This document shows positions 1 to 13,249 of a DNA stretch of 64,000 nt, piece by piece. The stretch comes from Haliotis rufescens (lineage: Eukaryota). The DNA lies in assembly GCF_023055435.1 (NCBI RefSeq), contig NW_025963813.1, positions 3,782,001-3,846,000 on the forward strand. Reading direction: 5' to 3'. Each line of letters starts with the position of its first letter. Position 1 is the first letter of the stretch. A program made the position numbers and the translations under genes. The notes under the pieces were generated by a model. The model had not been told where the DNA came from. It did no database searches and saw nothing but the letters and a program-made list of their open reading frames with translations.

Positions 1-115
1 CTGGCACTTGGCATTAAGGGGCTGAAAGAAGGACTGGTCTGCTTGGGGTCAGTATACTGTGTCTGAGTGGGGTATTCATATTTAACTGTGGCATGGTATC
101 TCAGTGAGCCAGCAT
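1..115 (+). mobile_element. SINE family A body fragment, cut by the window edge
   Basis: Aligns by eye with 5752-5860 and 25912-26025 (ggcattaaggggct..aaggactggtc..gtcagtatactgtgtctgagtggggtattcat). Confidence 0.8.
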
Positions 116-650
116 CAGTTATATGACCCAAATAATTGTGTGTAATAACTTTCCGCTATTAGCACATGCACATTTTAGCAACGTCACTGTGCTTCATTGT
201 TGAGAAAAACATGATATGATGTCATACATTGTTCATGATGTCACAAATTGATTACATGATGAAATTGAACAGTTGACTGCCATCAGTGAAGTTTCACTGT
301 AGGATTGACATTTCATGCAATTTTTTCTCTTAGAAAATGTCAAAGAGTAATATACAGAATAACCAACTTGAAACATGCAGCTATGGAATATCTTTCTTTG
401 CGAATGAATGCTGTAAGTCCATTATTATTCCAGCAGGAGACACACAGAATGAGATTCAATCATACGTTGGGAATCAAACCTAGATTTTCGGTGTGGCGGA
501 GGACACTTTAACCACTAGGCTTCCCATTTTCCTCACTGAATGAGTAAGATACTGTATTCAAGTACTGCTGAGATATAATGGCTATTTGATGTATATGGGA
601 CACAAATAATAACAGTGTACATACAATACAAAATTGATCTATTCTGATGA

Positions 651-820
651 GTGAGTGAGTGAGTGAGTATGGTTTTACGCCGCTTTTAGCAATATTCCAG
701 CAACATCACAGCGGGGAATACCAGAAATGGGCTTTACACATTGTACCCATGTCGGGAATCGAACCCGGGTCTTCGGCGTGACGAGCGAACGCTTTAACCA
801 CTAGGCTACCCGACCGCCCC
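651..820 (-). mobile_element. tRNA-derived SINE family B, full length, with (ACTC)n tail and 12-bp TSD
   Basis: Minus strand carries an A box (TAGCCTAGTGG) and a B box (GGTTCGATTCC). TSD ctattctgatga at 639-650 and 821-832. Confidence 0.92.
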
Positions 821-1861
821 CTATTCTGATGAATCTGTTTTCACCTGCCAACACTGTTGGGAATGCAATTTCTCTATAAGTCGGATTTATTTCATTACTG
901 AGGAATGTAATAAATTTCACATTTTGGCTATGTTTCTTTTTCATATAGAATTCTGACTAAATAATACAAATATCATCCAAACCCCTTCATACTCTTTTAC
1001 TATAAAATTATAGTTTTCTCTCAAAATATCATCATTACATATGTGCTCATATTCATAATAAAATAATACTTGCTGCTGAAATCCAAAACAATACCTATAA
1101 ATATTCCAAATTTGAAACCAATTGATTAATGCTCCCTTTGGCCTCTGACTTCATAACAATAATTATGGCTCAGATAAGATAGAACATAACTACGTACATG
1201 TCATTATATGTAAAACATAGCATGTGTGCACTAATGCAGATGTTTACCAGAAATATAACCCTTCACTAGTACAAATGAATTCAGTTAGCTTGTACACCTT
1301 CCATTTTAGAAGCTATAACATAATTACCTAAATACAAGCCATCAATACAAATCCAAAAAGAACCGTACATAATTTTGAGTGAGACTAGTTAAAAGCCTGT
1401 AACTTTCTTGCAAAAAGAAATTCACCAAAATATTCTTGAGTACCAGAAAATGATGTGTAGTGGAACTGTAGAAGCAGAAACACTCTCGTGATGTTTTCCC
1501 TGTACTCGAGGGGAGCATGTCGAGATTGTATGCAGATGCTTCAGTGGCTGAGGGTCGAGAATGTTAATACTGACGATGTTGTTGGTAATTGACTTCCTGC
1601 AACACTCCATAGATCATCATTTGGACTTGTAAGTAACAATTAAGATGATATCAATACGATACCCAAATGTTGTTATTTTTACTGAAGTATATTGAAGCAA
1701 AGAAGTAGGGGAATGCCGAGATTTATTTTCAGAAGTAAGGGAATATATTAATTTACAGTTGAGTTACAAAATGCTTCAAATTAACAAATAGAGCAATCAG
1801 GCTCTGTAGCTCACTGTAATATGTTTTGAATATTTGATCATAAACATTGTGATTATATAGA

Positions 1862-2579
1862 GAACAAGAAAACAGCGTTACCACTATCCCCTGCCATGGG
1901 ACATATTAGAATTGTTTTTGTTCATATAGTAGTGAATTTTAACTATAAAAGAGTGGCAAGAAAACTGTGAGCGTTACCACTATCTCTTCCATGGGGCATG
2001 TTAGAAGTTTGTTTGTTCATTTAGCAGTGAAAAAAAACAATGAAAAAAGAGTCCTATAAAGCCTTAAGAAAAGATAGGCACCTGGGCTGCATTATGTCAT
2101 CAGAAAAAATGATTAAATGTGAGATTAATACACACAAAAGGACCCTTCTCTGGAAACTAACTACAGTAGTTTCTGAGAAAACTTGTCCCCATTGCTAAGA
2201 CTGTGCACAAGGTCAAATAACATGGATCAAGGGCTATGACTCTGTACAAATACAACTGACTTCACCAATTTTCGAACTCAATCTTGACAAGTATCTCTTA
2301 AATAAGCAAGCAAACTTTCATTCATGCAACTTCTGTATTTCTGAGAAAACTTGTCCCCATTGCACACACTATGCACTAAGTTGAAAAGGGCCATAACAAA
2401 TGATTTACTACACCAAGTTTGGAACTCATTTGAAATATGACCCATAATATCAGTGTGTAAAATTTCATTTCTCTGACTTAAATAGTTTTTGAGAAAATTT
2501 GTCCCTTTTAGAAGCAGATAGACGGTTGAATGAACTCTGTTCCAATATCCCTCGCCCTACTTTGTGGCAGGGGATAATA
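1862..2579 (+). mobile_element. Non-autonomous Helentron/HINE-like element with internal subrepeats
   Basis: Begins aacaagaaaacagc and ends in a GC-rich hairpin followed by ggggataa. Repeated blocks tttctgagaaaacttgtccccattgc. Homologous to 7620-8465 and, inverted, to 5935-6533. Confidence 0.6.
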
Positions 2580-2787
2580 CACAAAGTTCAGAACATCCTC
2601 ACAGTGTTCCAGCTCATAGGCATTGTTTTTCAGACAAATGTCAAAAACGTAACTGTTTCATGAGACGGAGAGACAGACAGACAGGTGGTAGACGGAAAAC
2701 ATGCCACAAGTTCACTTCAATCAAGAGTTCATGTGCGCTAACAATTTAAATGCAGTTGTTTGTTTCTATCAAAGTACATATTTTCAG

Positions 2788-2911
2788 AGACCCCTGAAGA
2801 TTCAGGGTAGAATACGATTTCAGGAACCCATGCTTGCCTTAAAAGGCGACTACGCTTATCGTAAGAAGTGTCTAACGGGATCTTGTGGTCAGGCTCGCTG
2901 ACTTGGTTGAG
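2788..2911 (+). mobile_element. SINE family C 5' fragment
   Basis: gacccctgaag...aacccatgcttgcc..aaaaggcgacta...ggtcaggctcgctgacttggttga matches 31201-31325. Confidence 0.8.
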
Positions 2912-3228
2912 GGTTCCTGAGCCAATCAGCTGTTAGCTTTCTAAAGTGATTTGGCTTCATTTCTTTAATTAGCACCTCATTTTCGAATTTCAGATTTTAA
3001 CAAAAGGTAACTCACGCAGGAAACAAATGTTCCTCCAAGGGTATGTTTTGCATGTATATGCCATTGACATCAGAAACAACAGGGTGCATAAAAAATCAAC
3101 AGCAACATAGTGGTGCAGTCTTTATTCTGTACAAAGCCCACCTGACTTGACCTACAAATAAATGTCATATCGGAGTGAAAACCTGATAATTAAATTAAGC
3201 ACTTTGCTGTCAGTTCAAGGTCATAGTG

Positions 3229-3619
3229 AGAAACATCCCAGATGGTTAATCCTGGTATCAGAGTGCCAGAAACATCCCAGATGGTTAATCCTGGTATCAG
3301 AGTGCCAGAAACATCACAGATGGTTAATCCTGGCATCAGAGTGCCAGAAACATCCCAGATGGTTAATCCTGGTATCAGAGTGCCAGAAACATCCCAGATG
3401 GTTAATCCTGGTATCAGAGTGCCAGAAACATCACAGATGGTTAATCCTGGTATCAGAGTGCCAGAAACATCACAGATGGTTAATCCTGGTATCAGAGTGC
3501 CAGAAACATCACAGATGGTTAATCCTGGTATCAGAGTGCCAGAAACATTACAGATGGTTAATCCTGGCATCAGAGTGCCAGAAACATCACAGATGGTTAA
3601 TCCTGGTATCAGAGTGCCA
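3229..3619. repeat. Minisatellite, 39-bp unit, ~10 copies
   Basis: Unit gaaacatc(c/a)cagatggttaatcctggtatcagagtgcca. Confidence 0.95.
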
Positions 3620-5644
3620 GTGGCAAGTCAAAATCATGACGCAATTGAAAAAGGTTTCTGCTGAAGGTCACTTTTTGAAATCATATTTTTTATATATTTT
3701 ATCTTGTGAAGATGTTTATTTATGAAGCCAGTGATGAATGTTCAGTTCAACAAGAAAACTGGAAGAACAGATTGAAAATAAACATGCGATGAATGCACAG
3801 CATAGTTCATAAAAATCTGGAGATTCAGCAACAGAAAGGGTATTATCATATTTCGATGAAAAGAAAGGAAGAAAACTTTCTCAATTACAACTGCTTGTTA
3901 TCTTGTTCACAGTGAAATAACAGTCACGGAGGTTGAGGATGGATCACAAATATTTCTTGTGCACGCTTCAATTCCAAAGGGCACATCAAAACATCGTTGT
4001 TAGTTCTGTCTGGTACAGTGTCCCCCAAATAATACAATTCTGTCCCTGGTGATGGCTTGTAAGTAACTGATTCTGGACCTGATAAACCCTTTATTGACTG
4101 TACAATACAAGCAGTATCACAAGGGGTATATGTGGTTTTATGCATCATGTGTTTCAGTTTGCCATTGTAAAGAATTAAAACATTGAAAATTGATGGAAAA
4201 CAGCTGTTCGCTTGAGCTTAAAGACACTGTCTTAGCAAGGTCAAGGATGAAAGGTTGGATAAGGTGAAGGCTACTTTTAGCACTAGTTTCATCAATGTCA
4301 GCCTGATAAAGTGTTCTCTATCCAGATACTGCCATTTACAAGGTGACTTTTCATTGATTTACAAATATAATTGACTATTGCCAAAACCGACAATCATAAA
4401 ATGAAATAATTTAATTTGAATATATTTTTATTTTCTTGAAAAATACAAAGAAACAGCTGAAGGTCATACAACATTAAAGTAACTAAATGTATAACAGTCA
4501 GGGAGTCGGTAGCCCGAGTTGAGTAAAATCTCATACATGTACTCAAAATAATGTCAAGAGACAGGTAGTAGATTCCAAGTCTATGTCACCTGCTGCTGTT
4601 AACTTTTTAAATGGTAATTGCATTGTGTGAAGTCTCAGGCAACTACATCTCTTATAAACAAAAAACAGCCTTTTCAGTAATAGATATATTCAGATGTTTC
4701 TGTTAAAATATATCAAACATCATGCAATTTTCTTTTTCTTTGCAAATTTTTGTTTTGCTTTTGGACTGAACCAAACTAATTAAGTAGCAATAATGTGTAA
4801 ACGATAAACAAAAGGGCCTGAGACTGACAACCTTATTGCACTCATTTCATCCTCCTCAACCACGGTTCAAGACCCAGATCCACTTGATTTTATTAACCAT
4901 AACAGCCATTCCGTGCAACCCTCCAAGTTTTCCTTGAATGACCTTCAGTTGTGTAACCTTTAAATGTAAATATTATCCCATCTCACAATTGAGATATTGA
5001 GGGAATTAAAAGACTCAAACGACATAAATCGTCATAAATGCAGACCAACCCTTATAATCCTTGTTTTTATATGGATCTTCTTGGTCGATATGCCAAGAGG
5101 AGGGATGCAAAAATTTAAGAATTCGAAAGATATTGTCAGGGTTGATTTCAGCTAAGTTTCCTATTCCTGAGATAGAAGTTCTAAAACTACATACAAAAAG
5201 ACGTTTAAAAAGCATATTTTAAAACAGATTAAATTTAATAAGACAAAAATATGTACCAAAGGCCCATCAGACTCGTTAAAGATCAGTGAATATTTGTGGT
5301 TACAAAACAGAGCTATTCCCCTGTAATATATTTGTCTCAATTTTAAGAGAATTGGCAACTGTACATAAATGTCTCCAAACATTTCATGTCTACACTGTTC
5401 TTGTCCATATTTATTGGGTAGGATTTGGAGATCCCTACAAGGTAGTTTTGCCCTCAAATATAAATAATAATATTTTACAATTGACTTATATGGATAGCTA
5501 TATATAATGGCACACCAGATAGTGACAATATTAACAATACATTTGAATTTGCGACTCACCCTTTTGACATACATACTTGGACAAATCTCTCACACTTTAA
5601 CATATCACACTTTATATCGAGTTAATCATACACAATTTACAAAA

Positions 5645-5932
5645 GACTGCCTCCATGGTCTAGTGGTAGAGCACCTGCCCAGAGAGCAGAAGGTCCTGGG
5701 TTCGATCCCCATGTACGTCATATCAAAAGACGTTACAAGTTGTTACCCTGCCTGGCGTTTGGCATTAAGGGGCTAAAACAAGGACTGGTCAGCTCTGTCA
5801 GTGTACTGTGTCTGAGTGTGCTATTCATGTTAAACTGCGGCATGGCATCTTAGTGGGCTTTCACTATAACATTGGCATTAGTCGGGACTCGTACAAGCAG
5901 CCACACATACAGATACACTAACACGTGCATGC
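5645..5932 (+). mobile_element. tRNA-derived SINE family A, head plus body
   Basis: A box TGGTCTAGTGG and B box GGTTCGATCC, followed by the body shared with 1-115 and 25912-26140. Confidence 0.85.
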
Positions 5933-5934
5933 AT

Positions 5935-6533
5935 GTCTTTCCGTCTCTCAATCGAGACAAATTTTCTCTGCAAAATGAAATTTTACACACTGATGTTACT
6001 GGTCATGATCACATATGAATTCGAAAATTGTTGTAAATTCATTTGTTACAGAGTTATGGCCCTTGCTCTGTGCTTTTCAATGAAGTGCATGCTGCGTGAA
6101 ATGGAGACAAGTTTTCTCAGAAACTACTGGAGTTATAATGAATGAGTGTTTGCATTCTGGTCTAAGAGATACTTGTCAAGAGTGAGTTCGAAAATTGGTC
6201 CCGTCAATTATTTTTTTACAGAGTTATGTCCTTGAACCATGTTATTTTACTTAGTGCTTTGTATGTGCGATGGGGACAACTTTTCTCAGAAACTACTGGA
6301 GTTAGCTTTTCTAAGAGATACTTATCAAGACTGAGTTATTTTATTCCAGAGAAGGCCTTTTGTGTGTATTATTTCACATTTAAGAATTTTTTCTGATGAC
6401 GTAACCGGCCAACGTGCCAATCTCTTCTTAAGTCTTTTTTTCATTCTTTTTTATAGCTTATAATCACAACTATGAACAAGCAAAATTCTTATGTGCCCCA
6501 GGGTGGGGGGCAGTGATAATGCTGTTTTCTTGT
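5935..6533 (-). mobile_element. Helentron/HINE-like element, inverted copy
   Basis: Reverse complement matches 1862-2579 (ends gctgttttcttgt; internal agagttatggccct and ttttctcagaaactactgga). Confidence 0.6.
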
Positions 6534-7619
6534 GTAATTCAGCTTTATTTAATACAATGATGCTTTAAAATCCAATAACAAACAATTTGCAAACTTGCTC
6601 CAACAAATATAGCTTGAGGGATCATATAGAATTCCTGCTGTCTTCTCTGCTGTATTCCACATCTTCCGTGACAGCGTCTACACCATCATGAAAAGAAGAG
6701 GGTAGATCCTCATTAGGGACTTTATTGAGGTACTGGCCATCTTGGACTTTGATCGGCTCGTTATGACACTGACTGAATTCATTAAATGTTCACATTACAA
6801 AATTTGACATCAGTTTGATCTCCAATGTTTATGCATCAGTCAAACCTTTTTATTTCATTTCCTCAGCCGATATATAATCCAGAGAGCTGCGTTGTATACA
6901 AGCTCAGAGAGAGACATTACAATTACCGTTAGGAAGTCAATGTTCTGTGGTCTGTGTGGACAGCCGACAATTGACACGAGTCCTTGGTGATTCAATAATT
7001 TCCCCAGACTCTCGTAAACATTTACCAATCCTTATTTAGTCCTGACAGCCAATTTTGGTATTTGTCCACCGTAATCGTTCAGAGGACAACACACCCAGCA
7101 TCAACAATTCATCGTCTATTCCCCTGCATCAGATTCTTTGAGACTCAAGCAGAATAGTTTGACAAACTGTGATCATTAGGGCAATGAAGACGGCCTCACT
7201 AATTACTCAATGCCTAGAGATTTTACCGCAATTGACGAGGGAGTACAAATTTACACGAGGATGTCTGAAGTCTAGGGTTGTAACTCTTAACATATCGATG
7301 CAGCCAATGATGATGTTGTCAACACCCTGTTGGTTCGTGGGATTCAGTCAGCAGTGTGGTATGCACGACGCAAATAATATCTTATTTAGAACGCAGATTC
7401 AACTTTTTTTAGAAAGTACGAAAAAAATAATTCTTTATATATTTGATTTTGTTTCATATTTTGTGTGTAATGCAACTTCAAGTTGCACCCTTTTTGACCT
7501 GGGAGCGTGTTCTATAGGATTTCGTCAGTTATCGACATTCTGCCTTTGTAGAGTGAATTCTGAGATGCGCTTTTGAGATTTGTGTCATTCAGTATTCGGG
7601 ATTCAGATATGAGCAAATG

Positions 7620-8465
7620 TGGCAAGAATTTAACAGCTTTATCCCTATCTCTGCCATGGGGCATATTAGAAGTTTGTTTGTGCATATAGTTGTGAAAACA
7701 AAAATGACAGACTCCTATAAAGCCTCCTATAGGCACTTGGGCTTCTTTATGTCTTCAGAAAAAATTATAAGATGTAAAAATAATACACACAAAAGGCCCT
7801 TCTCTGAAATTTGTTTACGGCACCAATTGTATTATGAGTATCTCTTAGATAAGCTATCTTCAGTTGTCCCCATTGCAGTCACTTTTCACTTTGTAAAATA
7901 ACATGGATCAATGGCCGTAACTGTGTATGCTCAAAATCTAAAAACATGTAACAAGGGAAGTAACTCTGAAGAAAATACTTTACGGGGACCAATTTTCGAG
8001 TCTTGACAAGTATCTCACAGACAGGCAAGCAAACATTCATTCATGTAATGTCAGTAATTTCTGAGAACAGCTGTCCCCATTTCAGACACTATGCACCTCG
8101 TTGAAAAGCACAGACAAGGGACAAAACTCTGTAAAACAATAATTGACGGGACCAATTTTCAGACTCAGTACTTTTATTCATGTAATTTCAGTAGTTTCTG
8201 TGAAAACTCATCCCCATTTCATGCGGTGTGTACTAAGTTGAAAAGCATGGAGCAAGGGCCATAACTCTGTAAAAATTGAATTTAATACACCAATTATCAA
8301 ACTCATTTAAGACTATGACCAGTAATATCAGTGTGTAAAAATTCCTTTCTCTGACTTAAATGTGTTTTTTTGAGATAATATGTCCCCTTTCAGAAACGGA
8401 CAGACGGGCGGACAGACAAACTCTGTTCCTATATCCCCCCACCCCACTGTGTGGTGGGGGATAAA
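7620..8465 (+). mobile_element. Helentron/HINE-like element
   Basis: Homologous to 1862-2579, with 3' hairpin ccccc(ccaccc)cactgtgtggtggggg followed by ataa. Confidence 0.6.
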
Positions 8466-10133
8466 AATTAGATGGTATTGGTGTCTTAAGGAGGAGGGGT
8501 TGGGACCCTCAAAGATTTTGTTTCAGGATACACATATATTGTAGGGTGAGTAAAGTACCAGTACTACATAAAACTAATACAAGTTCCATGGTACCATGTT
8601 GATTTGTAGTACTATTTACTGATGGTTCATATAATCGTGAGTGGTGAGGATGTCATGCAGCAGGCAGCTGTGTTCTAGCTATGTCGTTGTGGTCTGTAAA
8701 TTGTCAAGTCTGGACCAGGTAAACCTATAACTGGAGTGAGTGTTGTGTTTCTCTGCTTGCAGCAATATCAAGGCAGGGGACACCAGAAACCAGTGACCCC
8801 CTCAGCAATATTTCAGCAATGTCATGAATTGTTCATTATCACAGTAGTATATTTGTTATAGCTGATATTTTGCTCTGCCAAACTTTGTGTTTGTTTCACG
8901 ATATGGATAAAATCAATCAAAATACAGGTTAATTTGAAGAAAAATATGCTATAAAATATTTGAATGTGAAAACTAGATAAATCATTATGACATGGACTTC
9001 AGGGAATGACAAATAGTTAATGAATAGATATTCCAAATAAAAAGATGGTCCTGAAACATCAGAAAATTAAAAAACTGGTCACATTCCTGTTTCTTTCTAA
9101 ATGTCATGCATTCCAAACATGCATACATAGCTTCCGAGCTGAATGGAAAGAAGCCGTTTAAAATTCATTTTCGTGAAAACAATTTCCTCTCACTTAAAAA
9201 AGAGTTCAGCATTGGAGAAGTGTCATAATTCGTTTAGGTCTTATTCTGTGCCTCAATTTTCTTGCATGAAACATCTGAGCTCTCATGAGGACCAGTTTTT
9301 GTTTAGAACCTGTTAGTAAATTGGAGGGAAAGATGACAGTGTAAACTTACACCATTACGTTCTGAGGCATGGTTACTCTACATGCTTGAAACTTGATATA
9401 GCCATGAAGGTTGACAAATCCCATCCTCTGTAGCTCCAGGGACGGGTAAACCTAAAGTAACCCACGATCCATTCTGGTTTTCACCCTTTCATAATCCAAT
9501 TTGATTTGCTACGCTACTCAGTCTAACAGACCAATTAGAATGCGAGTTTCAAACCATCCTAAATGTTTGATTGTGATATCAACAATATGACATCAGTCCC
9601 ATTGATTACGGTAGAGTTTGCAAGAAATTTCAACATTGAAAAACTGACTGCCCTCAAAAAGCTTTTTGATGGAAAGAAAGTCTTCATGTCCATTCAAACT
9701 GGCAGTAGCTTTGGTTTCTAAACAATATGAGTTACCTCCCTTACCCATTCCCTTTTTCCTTTTTTCGACGTTTGCTTTGTCGGTAAAACGTTAATGAAAA
9801 TTAAGAACGGGAAACTTCGAATCAGGAGAATTTCAGGAATACTCAGGTTTCGTGGCAGACGTTCCCAGTGGTATATTACACTTCATGTCTCGGACAGGCA
9901 TGACCAGATTTCTCTACCACATGCAAACGTCAATGGCATGTCTGTCAATGGTCAAGGTCATCTTTCAGATAATTGTAAGTGGCTGCAAGATTCCCCGTTA
10001 TTGTTACTCCAGAAGCGGCTTCAGACAATTTTCATTCCACTTGTGACCCAACTGAAATGCCAAAACATTTCTTTAGTCACCTCCCTTAGAAGATTTGTTA
10101 GGTGATTATCAAACTGATGTTGTTTATAGATAA

Positions 10134-10299
10134 CATCAAACTGCGGTTATAACGAACTCAAAGGGACACTTATTTTGGCTCGTTATAACCGTAGTTCGTT
10201 ATAAGCACATATATACAGCAAATGGCCTGGAACCAAAAAATAAGTTTGTTTAATCCGTCAGTTCGTTATATACTTGTTCATTATAAACGTAGTTTACTG
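10134..10299. mobile_element. Small Tc1/mariner-pogo-like MITE, degraded
   Basis: Inverted ends aaactgcggttataacgaac / gttcattataaacgtagtttactg-TA, with internal gttcgttata repeats. Confidence 0.55.
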
Positions 10300-10525
10300 T
10301 ATGTGTTTCAGGACTACAGATCAGATTACTGTGTTTGGCGTCAATGACCTACGATGTACTCACTGACCTGCATGTGTTGTCCACATGGTGTCTTATGCCT
10401 ACAGTCAACAGCTGATGCCAGAGATCTGTTCACACACCCTGTATCCAACACTCAATACCATTGATCAGACACTATGAAACACTGACTCCTGCTTACAATC
10501 GTGGCACTTGATCAAACCAGGTATA

Positions 10526-10868
10526 CTGTATTCGACGTAATAAGTGCCCTGGGCGCTCTCAAAATTAGAAATAGGGGGCTCTTATTAGAATTTAATTTGG
10601 TGAAAAAAACAGAGTTGAAAGATAAATTTTGTGGTTTATGCTGACAGCCTGAAATGTTTATGTACGACAGATATATTTTTCCAGAATTTAATTCCCCATA
10701 ATTTATGGTGCATATAACACACGAGTACGTATTATACGCGAATAAATAAGTCTTGTGTACATTGATCAATCGGAAGGGGTGCTAATTGGGATTGTTCACT
10801 AGCCAATATAGTAGCAAATATTGCCGTGGGCGCTTATTAGAGCGGGGCGCTTATTACGTTGAATACGG
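10526..10868 (+). mobile_element. TA-flanked MITE (Tc1/mariner superfamily type)
   Basis: TIRs c(t/c)gtattcgacgtaataagtgccc / gggcgcttattacgttgaatacgg, with TA on both sides. Further copies at 26407-26782 and 29053-29364. Confidence 0.85.
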
Positions 10869-13249
10869 TATGTCCGCTTCCCTGTTCAACTGTATTAGAT
10901 CCTCTTACAGTAAACAGTAGCCATATGTCAACAATATCATTTACCTCTTCAGCTTCCCAGCTTGACAAACATGTCTTGCAGCAAAATTGATTGTATGGAA
11001 AAAGCTCTGTTTTAAATTACCTGTTGTCAAATTCATGTATGATTGATTGGACAGTGTCAAATTTAAAATGAAATCAGGATGTTTTTATAAACATTTTGTT
11101 TCTATCCAGATTTTGTCATTAATTTGCCGCTGGTGGGTGTTGCATGTTGCTGTTGTAAGAAATGATGACGATCTGCGAGCCTCATGTATAAGAAGACTAT
11201 CATTGATGAGGAAAGGTTAGGAGCCTGGCGGACAGACAACTTTTTCCATCTGATGTGATACGCTCAATTAATCAAGTGAAAGTTTCCATGTTAAAATTCA
11301 ATGTCGGAATTCTTTTTAAAAAATTCAACTTCCAGATTAGCAGTTCATAAGATTTTATACACATTTCACCATTTATTTTGAACAAAAGTGATAAAATATC
11401 GTGTTTTTCTCCCATATCACCAAATTGTGAAAGTGTTGGACCCCTCAAAATAGCCATAAGTGTTTTTTTCTCTATTTTTAGTTTCAGGTAATTTTTGTCT
11501 CATAAACCAACTCACATTATATAATGCCTAACACTTGTGCCCATTTTGGCCTTCAGAAAATGTCAAAGTTTAAAGATAAAATAATTGTTTAAATATTGTT
11601 TTTTGCATGAAAGTTATCAGACATGTTAAAATGGTTGATAACATGATGATTATTGAAAAGAGGGAGTATGATATTGCCCTTCTTTTGCCCATTGAAAATG
11701 TCAAAATTTAAAGTTGAATGGTCCACTTGAATGTAAGTATGACGGATGATTTTTCGAACTTCAGGTAAGAATATAACAATGAGCAAGTCCTTTGTCCTAT
11801 GTCCCAAACCTTCTCAGAGTAAGTGTTGTATTTGTGTGGACTCGAAGGCTGTTACATATTTTTATACCAGGCCCCTCATACATTTCCAAATTATTCTGTT
11901 ATGGACCAAATTCCTGGGCATCTTGAAAAGCATTACCCAGATATATGAAAAATATATATGGAAAGTTAGCTTAAAATATGCCTATCAGCTGATAAATGAA
12001 CTTCAATTGATGAAAATGACATCCATCAAGATTAACAGAAAGAAGAAAGTTGTGAGAGTTTCGCCCATTTCAGAGGTTTGCTTTATGGCTCAATATTCCA
12101 TCAATAGCAGGGGATACAAATATGAGTTCCACACTTTGTACCCCTTGCCCTCATCCCCCTGGATCCTGGATCCTGGATCAAACATCTGTACCTGCGTCAT
12201 TTGTATGACCAAAGGGACAACATTCATTCACAATAACTTCTCAAGTGTAAAGTCATCTAATGAAGGTGAGCTTCTGTACCTGTGGATCAGTTATTGCATG
12301 GATAAAACATCACTGCTCTTCCTATAATACAGGAAAGGGTCCACAGAAGCATGTACTGACAACAGTGCTACTCATGGCTCTCCTCTACATCTCCGCAGGG
12401 CATGCCACTATCGGCAGGTTCCACTAACACTATTTGTAGTCTGTCCATGGCTTGTCTTCTTCAACCATCTGTGCTGGCACTTTCCAATCACGTTCATGAA
12501 ATTGCCTGCTTTAAAAGTTGCAGTTCCATTTTTTGTTTTCTTGTTATCAGTTTGAATATTTTCTGTTAAAGTCAACATCCCCTCATTCTGCCCGCCATGT
12601 GATTGGATGGAGTTTTATCCCTTCAACTTTTCATAAGGGCAGATTGTAAAAAATCAGTTGCTTTTATGAATGTTCAGGAATACGATTTTTAATACAAAAG
12701 AATGATATTCCTTCAGGCTAACAGACTTAATCCTTAATAACAGTCCATTTAATATCCAAGGAGAGGCGATATTTGTTAGACAGGATATTCTTACTGGCCA
12801 AAACATATTTTCTTCTCTGAAAGGAGATGAACAGTAGGACATCCAGCATATGAGATTATAGGGTCAGTAGGATAAGAAATGTTTTTTTCAAATTCTCTAT
12901 TTCCTTGGACATTTTTGTGAAAGTTTTTTTATACAATTTTGTTGGAACAAAGCCACATTCTGTTTGGAGTGCTGGAGAAGCTCTGAATGGTATTTGAGCA
13001 CAGTTACAAGACATTGAGCATTTACATTGGTCACAATCAGGCTAGAAAAATTATTTAATTTTTTTTTTATGTGAACATAATTATCAGTTTGCAGCGTTAA
13101 TAGAAAATAGTGCCGCAGTACTGTAGCTCAACTAAAGATTTGAACAATCATGACTGAATAATGGCTATTAATAGGTTTTTCAATGTGGTTGGGAGTATTG
13201 GAGACGTCCTCCTTTACTGTATTGTTGGTCATCACTACACTCCACTTGT

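Noticed and set aside
651-820. Possible tRNA genes (also at 5645-5710)
   Set aside because: The tRNA-like heads run into SINE bodies; the 651-820 copy has a tail and TSD, and neither forms a complete cloverleaf.
3162-3725. Repeat ORFs with C/H spacing resembling a zinc finger
   Set aside because: A 39-bp minisatellite open in several frames, with no C2H2 spacing or supported splice context.
6626-6780. Protein-like open stretches (here on the minus strand; also 24335-24687 and 27570-27640) as possible exons
   Set aside because: No recognisable domain and no consistent multi-exon model. A BLASTx search or RNA-seq would be needed.
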